A DNA stretch of 64,000 nt from Candidatus Parcubacteria bacterium (GCA_003599335.1 QZJN01000001.1:6167-70166), one strand, 5' to 3'. Numbered from the stretch's first letter, positions 50,167 to 59,416 are shown. Program-made: numbers and translations. Notes: generated from the letters alone by a model not told the origin.

Positions 50167-51755
50167 AGGATAAAGTCGATCTCCACACGGCCTTCTCCTG
50201 CGCGAATTTCCTTGATAATACTGCGTAGAATCAACTTTCGCTCATCCAGCTCCATAGCCGCCCAAGCAGTATCAAAATCTCTCATCGAAGCCACCAGTTT
50301 TTGGATAGAGGCACCTTTTTGTGCGGTCAGGGACGATAGTGTCGCCAAGCGATCCCGCTCCGTGCGGCTTTTCCCAGTTTCCTCTCGAATTTTCTCAATT
50401 CGCGCTTGGTATTCCTCGATCGTGGAAATACCTCTTTCGTAGGCATCGTGTTGGCGCTGTATCTTGATTGGTTCGAGTGCTATCTCTCGCTCTAAGCGTA
50501 CAATCTCTTTTTCTCGATCCTGCTCGTCTTGCCCCTTTTCCTCGTAGACGATCTTTTCCTGAACTTTAGGATGCGAGTATAGGTTTTTTATGTGATCGAG
50601 TACATCAGCTTCCAATCTCGTGGCGCTCATTACTCGTTGTGAGCAAATGCCTTTGTATTTGTAGCCAGTGCAGATGTACTCAAATGTGATCGTGTTTTTC
50701 CAATTTGGATTTTTCTTTGATCTTGAATGGTATCGTTTTTGGTATCCCACGCCATTTCCGCATCGGATGCATTTAGCGAGGCCTGTAAGGAGCCCGTGTG
50801 ATCGTGCAGCTGCCCCGCGTGCGCTTCTTGTGCGACCGTTACGGATCTCTTGAACTTTATTAAATAGAGGCGGATCGATTATTGGTGTGTGGTTTCCATC
50901 GCCAATGTATCCGAGTTTGCCTCTGCGTCGCCACTCTTTTGTTTTCCTATATTCAGCGTGTCGCCAGCCCCACCACACTTTGCCCATGTAGGTTGGATTG
51001 CACAAAATGTATCGAAGAGCGGCTTTTGACCAGTCGCCACCTCTGCGAGCTTTCCAGCCCTTGCGATTCATTTCAATGACTATCTTCCTGTCTCCTATGC
51101 CTCGTGCGTATTCGTTGAAGATATATTTCACCCGCGTGGCTTCTTCTTCGTTCACAACCACTGTTCTCTTGATTCGTGCGCCGTCTAGTTCTCGTTTAAC
51201 CTCGTAACCATAGGGAACTCGGTTTGGAATGCTTCCAGCTTTTGCTTTTCCCAGCTTTCCCATTTTCATACGCTGGATAATTGCCTTACGCTCCATGTCC
51301 GATCTTAGGTCGGACATTGCCTCAACCATTGTTCCCATTTGGTCTTCGTCGGGTTCATACTCACCAGTTGATTTTGGTTCAAAGGGCGTATTGAGGGCGT
51401 AAGTTTGAATGCTTAATTCTTTGAGTTCGCCTCTTATAACGCCAGCGGCATCTTTGTTTCTGGCAAAGCGATCATAATCTTTGACCACGATGAGATCGAA
51501 TTTGTGTTCACGCGCATCTCGCAACATTGACTGAAGACCGTTTCGCTCCTCGGTAAGGTGACCGCTGATGCCCTCGTCTTTGTATTCTTGGATAAACGAC
51601 CATCCCTTTTCGTTGATGCTTTTGTGACAGCGTTCCAGCTGATCGGGAATGGACGCTTTGCCCTGGGCCTGTTCTTGGGTGCTTACGCGAACGTAAATGA
51701 CCGCTCGTAAGACTTGGGGCTTCTTGTCGATATTCGGTTGGGTCAGATTAAGCAT
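50163..51755 (-). CDS. Large serine recombinase (resolvase, recombinase and Zn-ribbon domains)
   Basis: YVRVSTQEQ catalytic Ser, DEGISG, DRFARN, PYGY, LLTGLAKCIRCG...YIC...C, coiled coil. Confidence 0.95.
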   Translation of the reverse strand: MLNLTQPNIDKKPQVLRAVIYVRVSTQEQAQGKASIPDQLERCHKSINEKGWSFIQEYKDEGISGHLTEERNGLQSMLRDAREHKFDLIVVKDYDRFARNKDAAGVIRGELKELSIQTYALNTPFEPKSTGEYEPDEDQMGTMVEAMSDLRSDMERKAIIQRMKMGKLGKAKAGSIPNRVPYGYEVKRELDGARIKRTVVVNEEEATRVKYIFNEYARGIGDRKIVIEMNRKGWKARRGGDWSKAALRYILCNPTYMGKVWWGWRHAEYRKTKEWRRRGKLGYIGDGNHTPIIDPPLFNKVQEIRNGRTRSARGAAARSHGLLTGLAKCIRCGNGVGYQKRYHSRSKKNPNWKNTITFEYICTGYKYKGICSQRVMSATRLEADVLDHIKNLYSHPKVQEKIVYEEKGQDEQDREKEIVRLEREIALEPIKIQRQHDAYERGISTIEEYQARIEKIREETGKSRTERDRLATLSSLTAQKGASIQKLVASMRDFDTAWAAMELDERKLILRSIIKEIRAGEGRVEIDFIL

Positions 51756-51846
51756 GGAATTGTGAGATTTTGTCGGGCAACGAACATTATGGCGTTAACG
51801 TCGGGTAAGCCAAGCTCGAGATGTCCACATTGGGAAAACGTTATAA

Positions 51847-52278
51847 TCATTGGCTCCAGCGCGACAGCTTCCTTTGGTTATATGGAGACTTGGTATATGG
51901 GAGTCGATAACACTTTCGACACATGGGCGATTCGAGGTAGGTATGAAAATAGAGGAATTTAACTCGTCGTCCGCAACTGTTGCAGATGAAGTAAAAGAGG
52001 TATCCTCGGCTTCTGCCAAGATTCGATGGAATGCAGTCGACCTTTTGGTGCTTCCAGTAAGGTTGTTCATTGCGAATGTCCTCCAATGACTTGAAAGTCG
52101 TGTTCGCTGGTATGTTCATCAGATCTCTTACTCGTAAGGCATCGAGCTCTGTTTTGATTTCGGTTTGCTTTTCTTCTTTGTTCGATAATTCACGCAAAAA
52201 AGTTCTCAGATAGTCATAGATATCTATCCGTTCGATTAGGCGTTCCTCGTCTGGTATCTGTATTTGCTTAATAGGCAT
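51847..52278 (-). CDS. Hypothetical Cys4 zinc-binding protein upstream of the recombinase
   Basis: YFICNSCGRRVKFLY...CRKCYRLPY. Confidence 0.7.
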   Translation of the reverse strand: MPIKQIQIPDEERLIERIDIYDYLRTFLRELSNKEEKQTEIKTELDALRVRDLMNIPANTTFKSLEDIRNEQPYWKHQKVDCIPSNLGRSRGYLFYFICNSCGRRVKFLYFHTYLESPMCRKCYRLPYTKSPYNQRKLSRWSQ

Positions 52279-52331
52279 AATCTCTAATAATTTCTATTGT
52301 TTTCTTTTGCTTTGCTCATAGCTTTCCTAAA

Positions 52332-52803
52332 AGCCCGTTTGTGAACGTGTCAGGCTGGCTCGCAGTCTTTGGTCGGTTGTTTCTCCGAGACCGCTACCTC
52401 TCACTGTCGGACGGAGTCCCGCTCGGGCTCGCCGCTGATGTTATATCGCCAAGAGGATTAGCCCAACGATATAAGTGATCCCCATAGTGTTTTCTTTTGC
52501 TTACGCTCAAGGAGATTTCCACGGCGTCTCCTCACGCCGAACCTATGAAGTCCGCGCTTTTAATGGCATCCAGAGGGAGGTATATCGCGCGGTTCGCCCA
52601 CCTTCCCCTCCAGCTTTTGTTTTTGATCCCGAGCTTGAACAATCCTTTCCTTTTCTCTTTTCATTACTGCAGGCAAAACGGTCGAGATTGCTTCGGCCAG
52701 TTTGTCTGCAAGGATTGTTTTCTGATCTTGGGACATGGATTAAACAAATAACCACCAGCGCGATGACGTGACGCTGGCGGTTATTTGTTGACGACGTCAT
52801 CGC
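52332..52803 (+). ncRNA. Candidate large pseudoknot-rich ncRNA inside the element
   Basis: More than 10 helices and 3 possible pseudoknots; most wobble pairs read as G-U on the + strand; no credible ORF. Confidence 0.55.
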
Positions 52804-52813
52804 CGATCGCAAT

Positions 52814-52846
52814 AAAAAACTACGATCTTGTTTTGATCGTAGCTTT
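52814..52846 (-). terminator. Terminator (probably of the 226-aa gene; possibly bidirectional)
   Basis: CTACGATC/GATCGTAG stem with an A6 tract on the left, giving a U-tract on the - strand. Confidence 0.65.
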
Positions 52847-52894
52847 CTGTGAAGCGCCCGTCGTATTCCTTTTAGTCGCGACTTACGAGAAACA

Positions 52895-53575
52895 TTATTC
52901 TTTTTGATTGGCTACTTTACGGATGTACCCGCCGCTTAATTCTTTTGTAGTTAGGCCGCGTTTGACGAGAATCCTTGAGACTAGCAAATCTCTTTCTTTG
53001 GTGGTGGACCCAGCTTCTTTTTGGAGTACCCCAAGGTTGGTGCGCCATAGTTCACGAATCGTGCGGTTTTGTTCTTTGTGGGTTGTTTTGCGAACGCGAT
53101 GAGTTTTGTTAATGTTTTTGTTTAGTGTGAGCTCGATCTCTCTCCAGTTCTTTTTTATGAATTCCAGCACCTTTTCTTGTGTGGCATTTCCAAAAAGAAG
53201 CAGTTTTGCTGTGGGTTCGTACATGCCATCGTAAAGATCCTCAAGCTCTTTCGTGGGGGAAAGAAGGGCTACTGGAGACTTCTTCTTCGGCGCGTTTACT
53301 GGCTTTCCGAAGAAAATGTAATCATCAATGAATTCGAAATAGGGCGTAGGCACTTTGTATTTTGTTTTTAAATGTAGTTCTGTTCCGAGGAGTTCAATGA
53401 CGTTTGCTTTCTTATATTCAATCCAGAGTTTTTCTCTGGTTTGGGGATCCATATAACCAGAAGGGGTAATTCCAAGATGTTTCCTCGCCTCGGCAAGATC
53501 GTTTTGGAATTCAGGCTTGAGCGAGAGTTTATAAAAAAACTCCACGCCTGAGTTTATTTCGTCATCTTTCGTCAT
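52895..53575 (-). CDS. Hypothetical protein
   Basis: 226-aa ORF with normal composition and a basic helical C-terminus; no recognised motif. Confidence 0.7.
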   Translation of the reverse strand: MTKDDEINSGVEFFYKLSLKPEFQNDLAEARKHLGITPSGYMDPQTREKLWIEYKKANVIELLGTELHLKTKYKVPTPYFEFIDDYIFFGKPVNAPKKKSPVALLSPTKELEDLYDGMYEPTAKLLLFGNATQEKVLEFIKKNWREIELTLNKNINKTHRVRKTTHKEQNRTIRELWRTNLGVLQKEAGSTTKERDLLVSRILVKRGLTTKELSGGYIRKVANQKE

Positions 53576-53720
53576 ACTTTCACATTCTGCGTAAAATACT
53601 CGTTTTATTCAAGTTTGCCGAGCGGCCGCCTACGCATTTCCATCAAGTTATGGTATTATTTTTACGACAATTGAATATTCGCCTAAACTCGTCGATTTCT
53701 CGGCGGGCATGGTATCAAGA

Positions 53721-53818
53721 CCGATAAAGCATAAAAAACCCGTCATGGGGTTGCTTTATCGGCCGTATGGGGAAACCTGTACGTCTTGCGCAAGCGAGAG
53801 ACCCGTGGCGGGCTTTTT
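53721..53818 (+). ncRNA. Candidate structured RNA/leader with two GNRA hairpins
   Basis: CCGATAAAGCA/TGCTTTATCGG; CGTATGGG-GAAA-CCTGTACG; TCTTGC-GCAA-GCGAGA; CCCGTCATGGG/CCCGTGGCGGG. Confidence 0.6.
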
Positions 53819-53820
53819 GT

Positions 53821-53964
53821 ATGAACATAATAATTTTACTTGTAGCACTAATAGCAATCGCGATCATATTTGGTCGACGACCAGCGCAAGCTATCGTATT
53901 GTGGGGTGGCGGGATTATTCTTGCAGTCATACTGATATATTTTTTCTGGTACTTCTTCTTGTGA
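53821..53964 (+). CDS. 47-aa two-TM hydrophobic peptide
   Basis: MNIIILLVALIAIAIIFGRRPAQAIVLWGGGIILAVILIYFFWYFFL. Confidence 0.6.
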   Translation: MNIIILLVALIAIAIIFGRRPAQAIVLWGGGIILAVILIYFFWYFFL

Positions 53965-53990
53965 TTTTTTGTTTTAGTGATGGAAATGTG

Positions 53991-54042
53991 GGCATGACAA
54001 AACATGCCATTTTTTGACATGGCGAAATTTTATTGCTATGCT
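53991..54042 (+). promoter_or_regulatory. Promoter/operator of the HTH-hsd operon
   Basis: TTGACA (54014-54019)-N17-TATGCT (54037-54042); GGCATG-N6-CATGCC palindrome; TGACA/TGCCA/TGACA at 10-bp spacing. Confidence 0.7.
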
Positions 54043-54068
54043 GAAATAACTTTAATCATTTTAAAAGC

Positions 54069-54257
54069 ATGTCAGAGGAAAAACTTCTAACAATCGAAGA
54101 GGTGGCAGAGAAGCTCCGTGTTAGTACACGGACGATTATTCGCTATATCGAATCAGGTCGACTTAAGGCATCAAAAATCGGTGTGTGGCGCATTAAGGAA
54201 TCTGATCTAGCCCACTTCCTTGAGGAGTCGAGCAACGTTAAGCGCAAGAAGAAATAA
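54069..54257 (+). CDS. Excisionase-like HTH_17 DNA-binding protein
   Basis: LLTIEEVAEKLRVSTRTIIRYIESGRLKASKIGVWRI. Confidence 0.9.
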   Translation: MSEEKLLTIEEVAEKLRVSTRTIIRYIESGRLKASKIGVWRIKESDLAHFLEESSNVKRKKK

Positions 54258-54258
54258 T

Positions 54259-56613
54259 ATGCCTGACAAATCCTTATCAGAACGAGATATTTGCACCAAA
54301 TTCATCACACCCGCGATCACGAAAGCAGGATGGGATTTGCAGCACCAGATTCGAGAAGAGGTATCTTTTACCGCTGGACGTATTAATGTCCGCGGAAAGA
54401 CTATTTCGAGGGGAGAGAGGAAGCGTGCCGATTATATTTTGTATTATAAAAACAATCTTCCGATCGCTCTTATTGAGGCAAAAGACGCAAGTCATTCCGT
54501 CGGCGATGGTATGCAGCAGGCTCTCGGGTATGGGCAGGTGCTTGATATCCCGTTTGTATATAGCTCAAATGGTTCGGGGTTTCTTGAGCACGATTTTTTT
54601 AGTGGTTCTGAAAAGGAGATTTCTATTGATGCCTTTCCTGATCCCGCCGAGCTTTATCGCAGATATCGAGAGCAAAAGAAGCTAACCCCAGAAATAGAAG
54701 AGGCGGTTCTTCAGGATTATTATCAGGGTTTAACATCGCATGAGCCGCGATATTACCAGCGCGTAGCAATAAATCGCGCTGTTGAGGCGGTAGCACGGAA
54801 TCAGAAGCGGATTTTGTTGGTAATGGCTACTGGAACTGGAAAGACCTATACCGCCTTTCAGATAATCTGGCGGCTTTGGAAAGCACGGAAGAAAAAGCGA
54901 ATACTTTTCCTTGTTGATCGCACAGCTCTCGCAACGCAGACCATGCAGGGCGATTTTCGCCACTTTGGCGATAAGATGACGAAGATTGAAGGGCGAATCG
55001 CCGATCCCTCCTATGAGGTCTACATTGCTTTATATCAGGGACTCACAAGCCATGAAGAGCAGAATAAGCTTTTTAAACAATTTTCTTCCGATTTTTTTGA
55101 TCTCGTTGTCGTTGATGAGTGTCACAGGGGAAGCGCAAAAGAGAATTCTGTGTGGCGTGAAATTCTCGAATACTATTCCGACGCAACTCAAATTGGTCTG
55201 ACTGCTACGCCAAAAGAGACGAAGGATATCAGCACGCAAGACTACTTTGGGGATGCGGTATACACCTATTCTTTAAAACAGGGAATCGAGGATGGATTCT
55301 TGGCTCCCTACAAAGTTATTCGTTATGTTCTCGATAAAGATATTGAGTGGCGGCCGAATGAATTAGTGCGCGATCAGCACGGAAATCCGATTGAGGATCG
55401 TGTATATAATGCTTCCGATTACGATCGCAACATTGTTATCAAGAATCGAACTAAGCTCGTTGCGCAAAAGATTACCGAATTTGTGCGGGATACTGATCCG
55501 ATGCAAAAGGCGATTATTTTTTGCGTTGATATTGATCATGCCGAACGAATGCGGGAAGAACTGGTAAACGCCAACAGCGAATACGTATCCAAGAATCATC
55601 GCTATGTGGTACGCATCACGGGCGATAATGACGAGGGTAAAAAGGAGATTGAGAATTTCATCAACCCCGAGTCGCCATACCCAGTATTGGTTACAACTTC
55701 CAAGCTTCTAACTACTGGTGTCGATGCTCAAACATGTAAACTCATTGTTCTCGATGCTCCCATAAATTCGATGAGCGAATTCAAGCAGATTATTGGTCGT
55801 GGGACTCGCGTGAACGAGGATTACGGCAAGTTTTATTTCACGATCATGGATTTTCGAGGCGTAACGCGGCTGTTCGCTGATCCTAACTTTGATGGAGAGC
55901 CTGTAAAGATCTACGAACCAGATGATAAGACGACCATCGGGCAACACATTGAGGAAGAAACAGTTGATCCGAGTGAAATTAAAGAAGAGAATCCGCAGGA
56001 GGAAATTTTGATTGACCCTACTCTTGAGGAAGGAGAGAAGAAGGAGAAGGTGGTAGTCACGCGAGGAGTTGAATTCGATGTGGCGACAAAAATGATTCAG
56101 TATATTGACCCTGCCACGGGCAAACTTATTGCAGAGAATCTTACGGATTACTCCAAGAAGCAGATTTTAGGTACGTTGCCATCGCTCGATGCATTTATTA
56201 AAGAGTGGTCTGCCGCGGAGCGCAAAGATGCGATTATTCAGGAGTTAGAAAGCAGAGGTGTGCCGCTGGAAGAACTGCGAAAGGAGATAGGGTTAAATGT
56301 CGATGTTTTTGATTTGGTGCTACACGTGGCTTATAACCGAAAGCCGCTCACACGCTCAGAACGGGTGGCAAACGTGCGCAAAGGGGATTATTTTGCCAAA
56401 TACGAGGGTAGGGCGCGGCAGGTTATCGAGGCATTACTTGATAAGTACGCTGACCAAGGTAGTATCGCCATCGACGATATTGGCGATCTTGAAGTTTCGC
56501 CATTTGCAGAAATAGGGACTCCTGTTGAGATAGTTAATGATATTTTTGGTGGCCGAGAGCAATACTTTGGAGTTTTGAAAACTTTACAAGAAAAACTCTA
56601 CGCACTTAACTAG
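54259..56613 (+). CDS. hsdR: Type I restriction subunit R (EcoAI/EcoEI-like)
   Basis: RADY...IEAK nuclease motif, MATGTGKT, DECHRG, GLTATP, QIIGRGTR, EcoEI_R_C-like tail. Confidence 0.95.
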   Translation: MPDKSLSERDICTKFITPAITKAGWDLQHQIREEVSFTAGRINVRGKTISRGERKRADYILYYKNNLPIALIEAKDASHSVGDGMQQALGYGQVLDIPFVYSSNGSGFLEHDFFSGSEKEISIDAFPDPAELYRRYREQKKLTPEIEEAVLQDYYQGLTSHEPRYYQRVAINRAVEAVARNQKRILLVMATGTGKTYTAFQIIWRLWKARKKKRILFLVDRTALATQTMQGDFRHFGDKMTKIEGRIADPSYEVYIALYQGLTSHEEQNKLFKQFSSDFFDLVVVDECHRGSAKENSVWREILEYYSDATQIGLTATPKETKDISTQDYFGDAVYTYSLKQGIEDGFLAPYKVIRYVLDKDIEWRPNELVRDQHGNPIEDRVYNASDYDRNIVIKNRTKLVAQKITEFVRDTDPMQKAIIFCVDIDHAERMREELVNANSEYVSKNHRYVVRITGDNDEGKKEIENFINPESPYPVLVTTSKLLTTGVDAQTCKLIVLDAPINSMSEFKQIIGRGTRVNEDYGKFYFTIMDFRGVTRLFADPNFDGEPVKIYEPDDKTTIGQHIEEETVDPSEIKEENPQEEILIDPTLEEGEKKEKVVVTRGVEFDVATKMIQYIDPATGKLIAENLTDYSKKQILGTLPSLDAFIKEWSAAERKDAIIQELESRGVPLEELRKEIGLNVDVFDLVLHVAYNRKPLTRSERVANVRKGDYFAKYEGRARQVIEALLDKYADQGSIAIDDIGDLEVSPFAEIGTPVEIVNDIFGGREQYFGVLKTLQEKLYALN

Positions 56614-56621
56614 ACTAACTT

Positions 56622-58046
56622 ATGCCGATCGAAAATCTTATCAAAACAATCCAAAATATAATGCGCAAAGACCAGGGCGTTGCTGGTGATGGTCAGCGCA
56701 TTGAGCAGATAGTGTGGATGTTATTTCTGAAGATTTTTGATGATCAGGAAAAGTATTACGAGCTTCGAGATCAGAAGTATCGTTCTCCAATACCCGAGAA
56801 GCTTCGTTGGAGAAATTGGGCGGCAAACCCCGAAGGAATCACAGGCGATGAGTTATTGGAATTTGTAAACCAAAAGCTCTTTCCAGGTCTCAAGAATCTC
56901 TCAGTTGATTCCAGTGATAGGCGCGGCCTTCTTGTTCGTACCGCTTTTGAGGATGCCTATAACTACATGAAATCAGGGACGCTGATTCGACAGGTGGTAA
57001 ACAGGATCAATGAGATTGATTTCAACAAGAAGTCAGACCGTCACTTACTTAATGATATCTACGAGAAGCTTCTGAAAGAACTTCAGGGTGCGGGTAATTA
57101 CGGCGAGTTTTATACGCCTCGGCCGCTTACAAAGTTTATTGTTGAGATGATCGACCCGAAGCTTGGTGAAAAGGTGCTCGACCCCTCGTGTGGTACTGGC
57201 GGTTTCTTGGTGAATACGATTGAGTATGTCCGTGAGAATTATGTAAAGAGCCATGCAGATGAAAAGAAACTCCATGATTCGATTCATGGTGTTGAGCTCA
57301 AGTCATTGCCACATCTTCTAGCACTTACAAACATGATTCTTCATGGGATTGAGTTGCCCGACAATGTTCGTCGCGATGATATGCTTTCTCGGCCACTAAC
57401 GGAATATGGCCCTAAGGATCGTGTCGATGTAATTGTGGCGAATCCTCCCTTTGGTGCTTCGGTTAAGGACGGAACTGAGAAGAATTTTCCAAGTGAAATG
57501 CGCACCAAAGAAACTGCCGATCTCTTTTTGATTTTATTCATTCATCTTTTGAAAGATGGTGGCCGAGCGGGCATCGTATTGCCCGACGGATCGCTTTCTG
57601 GTGAAGGTGTTAAGGCTCGGATTAAAGAAAAATTGCTTGCAGAATGTAATGTACACACAATTGTTCGGTTGCCACAGGGTGTGTTTAGTCCCTATGCTGG
57701 TGTAAACACCAACCTCGTCTTTTTTGAGAAGGGGAAACCGACTAAGGAAATTTGGTACTACCAGTTGCCGCTTCCAGAAGGAATTAAGCAATACACAAAG
57801 GGGCGTGGCATTACGCACGATGAATTTGATTCTGTTCGAAAATGGTGGAAGAAGCGCGTTACGAACGAGAACGCTTGGAAAGTCTCAATAGATAAAATAA
57901 AAGAACGCAATTACAACATTGACATTAAAAATCCCAATGGTGGTACTTCGGTTAACTTCGGAGACCCTGTGGATGTTCTTGAAAAAATCGTTAACTCCGA
58001 GAAAGAAATCATTGCGCTTTTGAATGAAATTAAGAAAGAATTATGA
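56622..58046 (+). CDS. hsdM: Type I N6-adenine methyltransferase subunit M
   Basis: GEFYTPR, DPSCGTGGFL, ANPPFG. Confidence 0.95.
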   Translation: MPIENLIKTIQNIMRKDQGVAGDGQRIEQIVWMLFLKIFDDQEKYYELRDQKYRSPIPEKLRWRNWAANPEGITGDELLEFVNQKLFPGLKNLSVDSSDRRGLLVRTAFEDAYNYMKSGTLIRQVVNRINEIDFNKKSDRHLLNDIYEKLLKELQGAGNYGEFYTPRPLTKFIVEMIDPKLGEKVLDPSCGTGGFLVNTIEYVRENYVKSHADEKKLHDSIHGVELKSLPHLLALTNMILHGIELPDNVRRDDMLSRPLTEYGPKDRVDVIVANPPFGASVKDGTEKNFPSEMRTKETADLFLILFIHLLKDGGRAGIVLPDGSLSGEGVKARIKEKLLAECNVHTIVRLPQGVFSPYAGVNTNLVFFEKGKPTKEIWYYQLPLPEGIKQYTKGRGITHDEFDSVRKWWKKRVTNENAWKVSIDKIKERNYNIDIKNPNGGTSVNFGDPVDVLEKIVNSEKEIIALLNEIKKEL

Positions 58047-59236
58047 ATCATTGGCCGCTTAAAAAATTAGGTGATGAATCGATCCTCATGATGACTAGCG
58101 GTGGAACTCCATCTCGCTCTAAATCTGAATTTTATGGAGGTAAGATTCTTTGGCTAAAATCTGGTGAATTGAATGATAATCAAAAGATTTCCGATTCAGA
58201 AGAAAAGATCACTGATCAAGCGGTTAAGAACTCTAGTGCCAAACTTTTCCCGCCTCATACAGTGCTTTTTGCAATGTATGGAGCTACCGCAGGAAAATTA
58301 GGCATATTAGATGTAGAAGCAACCACAAATCAAGCAGTTGCAGGAATGATTTGTAACGACAGCGTTCTATTTTATAAGTACCTTTTTTATTTTTTGCTAT
58401 ACACACGAGAAAAAATCATTGCTAATGCTTGGGGAGGAGCGCAACCAAATTTAAGCCAGACAATAATCAAGAAGTTTGAAATACCTGTTCCGTCTATTTC
58501 AGAACAAAAGAAAATAGTTACGAAACTTGAAAGTTTACTCGCGAAGGAAAATCAGGTAAAGCAACTACGAGAACAAACACAAGTCGATACGGACAGTTTA
58601 ATTTTCGCAGAACTACATAAGATTTTTAAGGAAGGCAAAGCAAAAGGATGGGAAGAAAAAGATTTGGGCAATGTGCTAGAAAAGATTGTTGGTGGTGGAA
58701 CTCCGTCAAAGGCTAACCCCTTATATTGGGACGGAGATATTCCCTGGGCAAGCGTGAAGGATATTAAAGAGGGCCAGTACACATTAGCCGAAACACAAGA
58801 TTTTATAACCAAGGAGGGACTGCAAAATAGTGCTTCAAATATTGTCCCCGCTGGATCACTGATTATTTCAACAAGAATGGGACTTGGTCGTATTGTTAAA
58901 ACAGAGATTGATGTTGCTATAAATCAAGATCTAAAGGCCTTATACCCAAAAAAAGAATTAAACAATGATTACCTGCTTTGGTTCTATATTAGCAAGGCCC
59001 AGGAAGTAATCGCTAGTGGAACTGGGGCAACCGTTTCTGGTGTTCGTTTGGACGACATTAAGAGCATAAAAATTCTATTACCATCTCTGACGGATCAAAA
59101 GAAAATTGTTGATCATCTCACCCTGCTTTTGGAGAAAATTAAAAACACCAAGTCTTTACAGGATGTAACTTATAGTGAGATTGGTATTTTAGAACAATCA
59201 ATTTTATCAAAAGCATTTAGCGGAAGCTTTGTTTAA
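58043..59236 (+). CDS. hsdS: Type I specificity subunit S
   Basis: Two TRDs (SGGTPSR, GGGTPSK) each followed by PSISEQKKIV / PSLTDQKKIV conserved regions; ends SILSKAFSG. Confidence 0.95.
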   Translation: MNHWPLKKLGDESILMMTSGGTPSRSKSEFYGGKILWLKSGELNDNQKISDSEEKITDQAVKNSSAKLFPPHTVLFAMYGATAGKLGILDVEATTNQAVAGMICNDSVLFYKYLFYFLLYTREKIIANAWGGAQPNLSQTIIKKFEIPVPSISEQKKIVTKLESLLAKENQVKQLREQTQVDTDSLIFAELHKIFKEGKAKGWEEKDLGNVLEKIVGGGTPSKANPLYWDGDIPWASVKDIKEGQYTLAETQDFITKEGLQNSASNIVPAGSLIISTRMGLGRIVKTEIDVAINQDLKALYPKKELNNDYLLWFYISKAQEVIASGTGATVSGVRLDDIKSIKILLPSLTDQKKIVDHLTLLLEKIKNTKSLQDVTYSEIGILEQSILSKAFSGSFV

Positions 59237-59240
59237 TTTC

Positions 59241-59402
59241 ATGGAACTTTCTAAGAAAACAGTTGAAGAATTCAGAGAGATATTCAAGAAAGAATACGGC
59301 GTTGAGTATTCGGATCAGGAAGCTTGGGAAGCAGCGCATAATCTTGTAGGCTTTTTTGATTTGCTCTTAAAAATTGATCACAGGCAGAAAGAGGGTCAAT
59401 AA
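59241..59402 (+). CDS. 53-aa small acidic helical protein
   Basis: MELSKKTVEEFREIFKKEYGVEYSDQEAWEAAHNLVGFFDLLLKIDHRQKEGQ; fills the gap between hsdS and the next gene; below the track length cut-off. Confidence 0.7.
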   Translation: MELSKKTVEEFREIFKKEYGVEYSDQEAWEAAHNLVGFFDLLLKIDHRQKEGQ

Positions 59403-59416
59403 TAATCATTTTCGAT

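Noticed and set aside
52585-52612. GGTTCG...CTCCA as a tRNA or tmRNA 3' end
   Set aside because: The T-stem and acceptor stem do not pair, and no cloverleaf can be built.
52475-52812. ORFs of 84-98 aa in the structured region
   Set aside because: They overlap on both strands with atypical composition and no motifs; base-pairing explains the sequence better.
58043-59236. Phase-variable hsdS shufflon
   Set aside because: Single hsdS with no silent TRD copies, inverted repeats or simple-sequence tract seen.
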